From Geosiphon pyriformis uo1 (lineage: Eukaryota; Fungi; Glomeromycota): a stretch of DNA of 64,000 bases. Position 1 is the first letter of the stretch. The number at the start of each line of letters is the position of its first letter. Positions 62,301 to 64,000 of this stretch are shown piece after piece. The notes beneath the pieces are model-generated. The model did no database searches. It was not told where the DNA came from and saw only the letters and a program-made list of their open reading frames with translations. The position numbers and the translations under genes were made by a program. Location: positions 37,171 through 101,170 of the forward strand of contig JAAOMT010000348.1 of assembly GCA_016748015.1 (NCBI GenBank), in the 5' to 3' direction.

Positions 62301-64000
62301 ATTTTTTGGCAGATATGATTCATATTTTTTATGAGTGCAGTCTGTTTCTGGATGGTCATGTGAACAACTTTTTCTGTTTTTATGGTAAAACTTCTATGTT
62401 ATCTGTTCTTGACAAGACTGATTATTTTAAGTTTTTTTCATCTTTTCAGCATTATGGTATTGCTTTTGTAGAACAGCTTCACAGTAAGAATAAAGCTATT
62501 TTTGATTGGAGGACTTTTAAGCATTGAAAAAAGCTGAACCTACATGGCCTTATTCCTGATTGGTTTAGACTTTCTGTCGATTTTCTTAATAGTGTAGCTT
62601 TTTCTTCTGCTTGCTTTTTTCTAGTGGGTATTATTGAATCTTCAAACATTTTAGAATTGGGTGAGTTTGGATTAATTTATAATCAGTTGCTAGGTCTTAA
62701 AACTGGTAGCCTTTCTGTCTATATGAATAGATCTCTAAGGGGCTTGAAAAATGTTAACATGAGAGCTAATGCTATGATCTTTTTTGAAGATATAAGCTTG
62801 GGTTTAGAGGTCAGAGTTTCTGGTCTGATGTCTTCTATTTTGGCTGAATTGCAGACCATTGTATTGGCTTTTGAGTATGTTCTTTCTTTTAGCTCAGTTA
62901 GCATCTTTACAGACAGTCAGGCTGCCTTGGATGTATGTAAATCAAAGTTAAGTCTAGTTTGTCCAGATTTTTGGAATTGTTGTTGGGTCAAGCATTAGCA
63001 TATTGTGGACATTATTAGAGAAAAGAATTTGAAAATTAGCTGGCATAAGATAAAAAGTTATTTGGGTGTCGTGGATAATGAATGTGCTGATGCACTTGCT
63101 AACATAGCTTCTCTTTTGTCCTGGTGTCTTCTTTCTTAAGTAAAAGAATGTTGCATTTTAGCTGAGGGTAATATTATCTTTGGTAATTCTAGACATTTTG
63201 TTTATGGGGTCTTTTGGTCTATTCATTGTACATGCTGAGAGGTCAGTTCAGATTTTAAAGTTTTTGGATAATAGTCTGTGCTTAAATATTGATTGGCTTA
63301 GCTCATTGTTTGTGTGGTATCCAGACTTGTACATAACTGCTGGTTTTATTAGTAAATCTATGACTAGTGTTCGCACATATTTCATAAAAGCTTTACACCA
63401 TCAGCTGTTAATTACTGTATGGAAATGCCTGTATAACAAATATTATCCTAGTGTATTGTGTTTGTATTGTGGTAAGATAGAGGTTTTTGATCATATTTTT
63501 TCTTGCATAGTTGATAATTTTATTTGTTGTTGCTTGTTGGATGCTCATGCCACTGTGTGAAGTATGCTCTCTGGTTTTTCTGTCTTCTTTTTGAGTGTTT
63601 CTCAATTACTGTTCTTCAGTATTTCAAATGTTGTAGCTCATACAGCTCTTTGCAAAGACTTTGTTTTTAAAGAGTGGTTTCAAAAAGCTACATCTGTCTT
63701 CAGAAATTCCAAGATAGTTAGTCAAAAGATTGTGAAATTTTTGTGTAACTTATGTCTTGCCTTTAGAGACAAAGTTTAATTAGTCTATGTTAGGCATTGT
63801 GCCTATATAGAGAAAAGTAGAATGATACCACATAATGGTTTAGCTCTGGTTTTGATTTCTGGATTGTCTACAGTGCTTTCTATAGATGTAATTAGATTGC
63901 TGGATATTGTTGAGGCTATTGGTATTGGTTTTGGTTTTTATAGGTCTTGTTTGTTTTTTTTAGGTATTGGAGACTCAGTTTTGGTACATATAGACACTTA
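59318..64000 (+). pseudogene. LINE-d ORF2 (APE endonuclease, RT, RNase H, CCHC)
   Basis: CNV, ITETKL, DFN, KTIDFV, FDTD; KAAG, KAYD, GVFVDNT, YLGIF; AELQ, FTDSQAALD, NECADALA; CLYC...H...C. Confidence 0.9.

Larger units (their letters stand above)
47527..64000 (+). mobile_element. LINE-d, near full-length, interrupted by A3; continues past the window end (5' end approximate)
   Basis: ORF1 with CEKCEKFGHSALEC; ORF2 with APE, RT, RNase H and CLYCGKIEVFDHIFSC. Confidence 0.9.

Overview
AT-rich eukaryotic window, probably from an early-diverging fungus (the element types recall Glomeromycotina; this is inference, not shown). It is made almost entirely of nested, decayed retrotransposons, with no host gene, RNA gene or CRISPR array detected. 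It contains two related Ty3/Gypsy-type LTR families. Family A (~1-kb LTR, TGTTAC...GTAACA, 4-bp TSD) has three two-LTR copies (6749-18532 +, 33928-43813 -, 48781-58581 -) and three solo LTRs. Family B (~0.8-0.86-kb LTR) has three partial copies and one solo LTR with a 5-bp TSD. Four same-strand LINE copies or remnants (APE-RT-RNase H-CCHC) occupy 26.4-64 kb. The most notable result is a shared, unusual three-ORF plan in both LTR families. ORF1 = Gag-protease-Cys-rich (CxxC) domain-dUTPase-RT-RNase H, ending at a stop conserved in all five readable copies. ORF2 = integrase with its own start codon. ORF3 = an uncharacterised ~190-240 aa protein in the env position that lacks env features but is conserved between the families. 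In family A the Gag frame opens inside the LTR and reads through the PBS. All copies carry heavy C:G->T:A transition mutation in CpG and non-CpG contexts (RIP-like).
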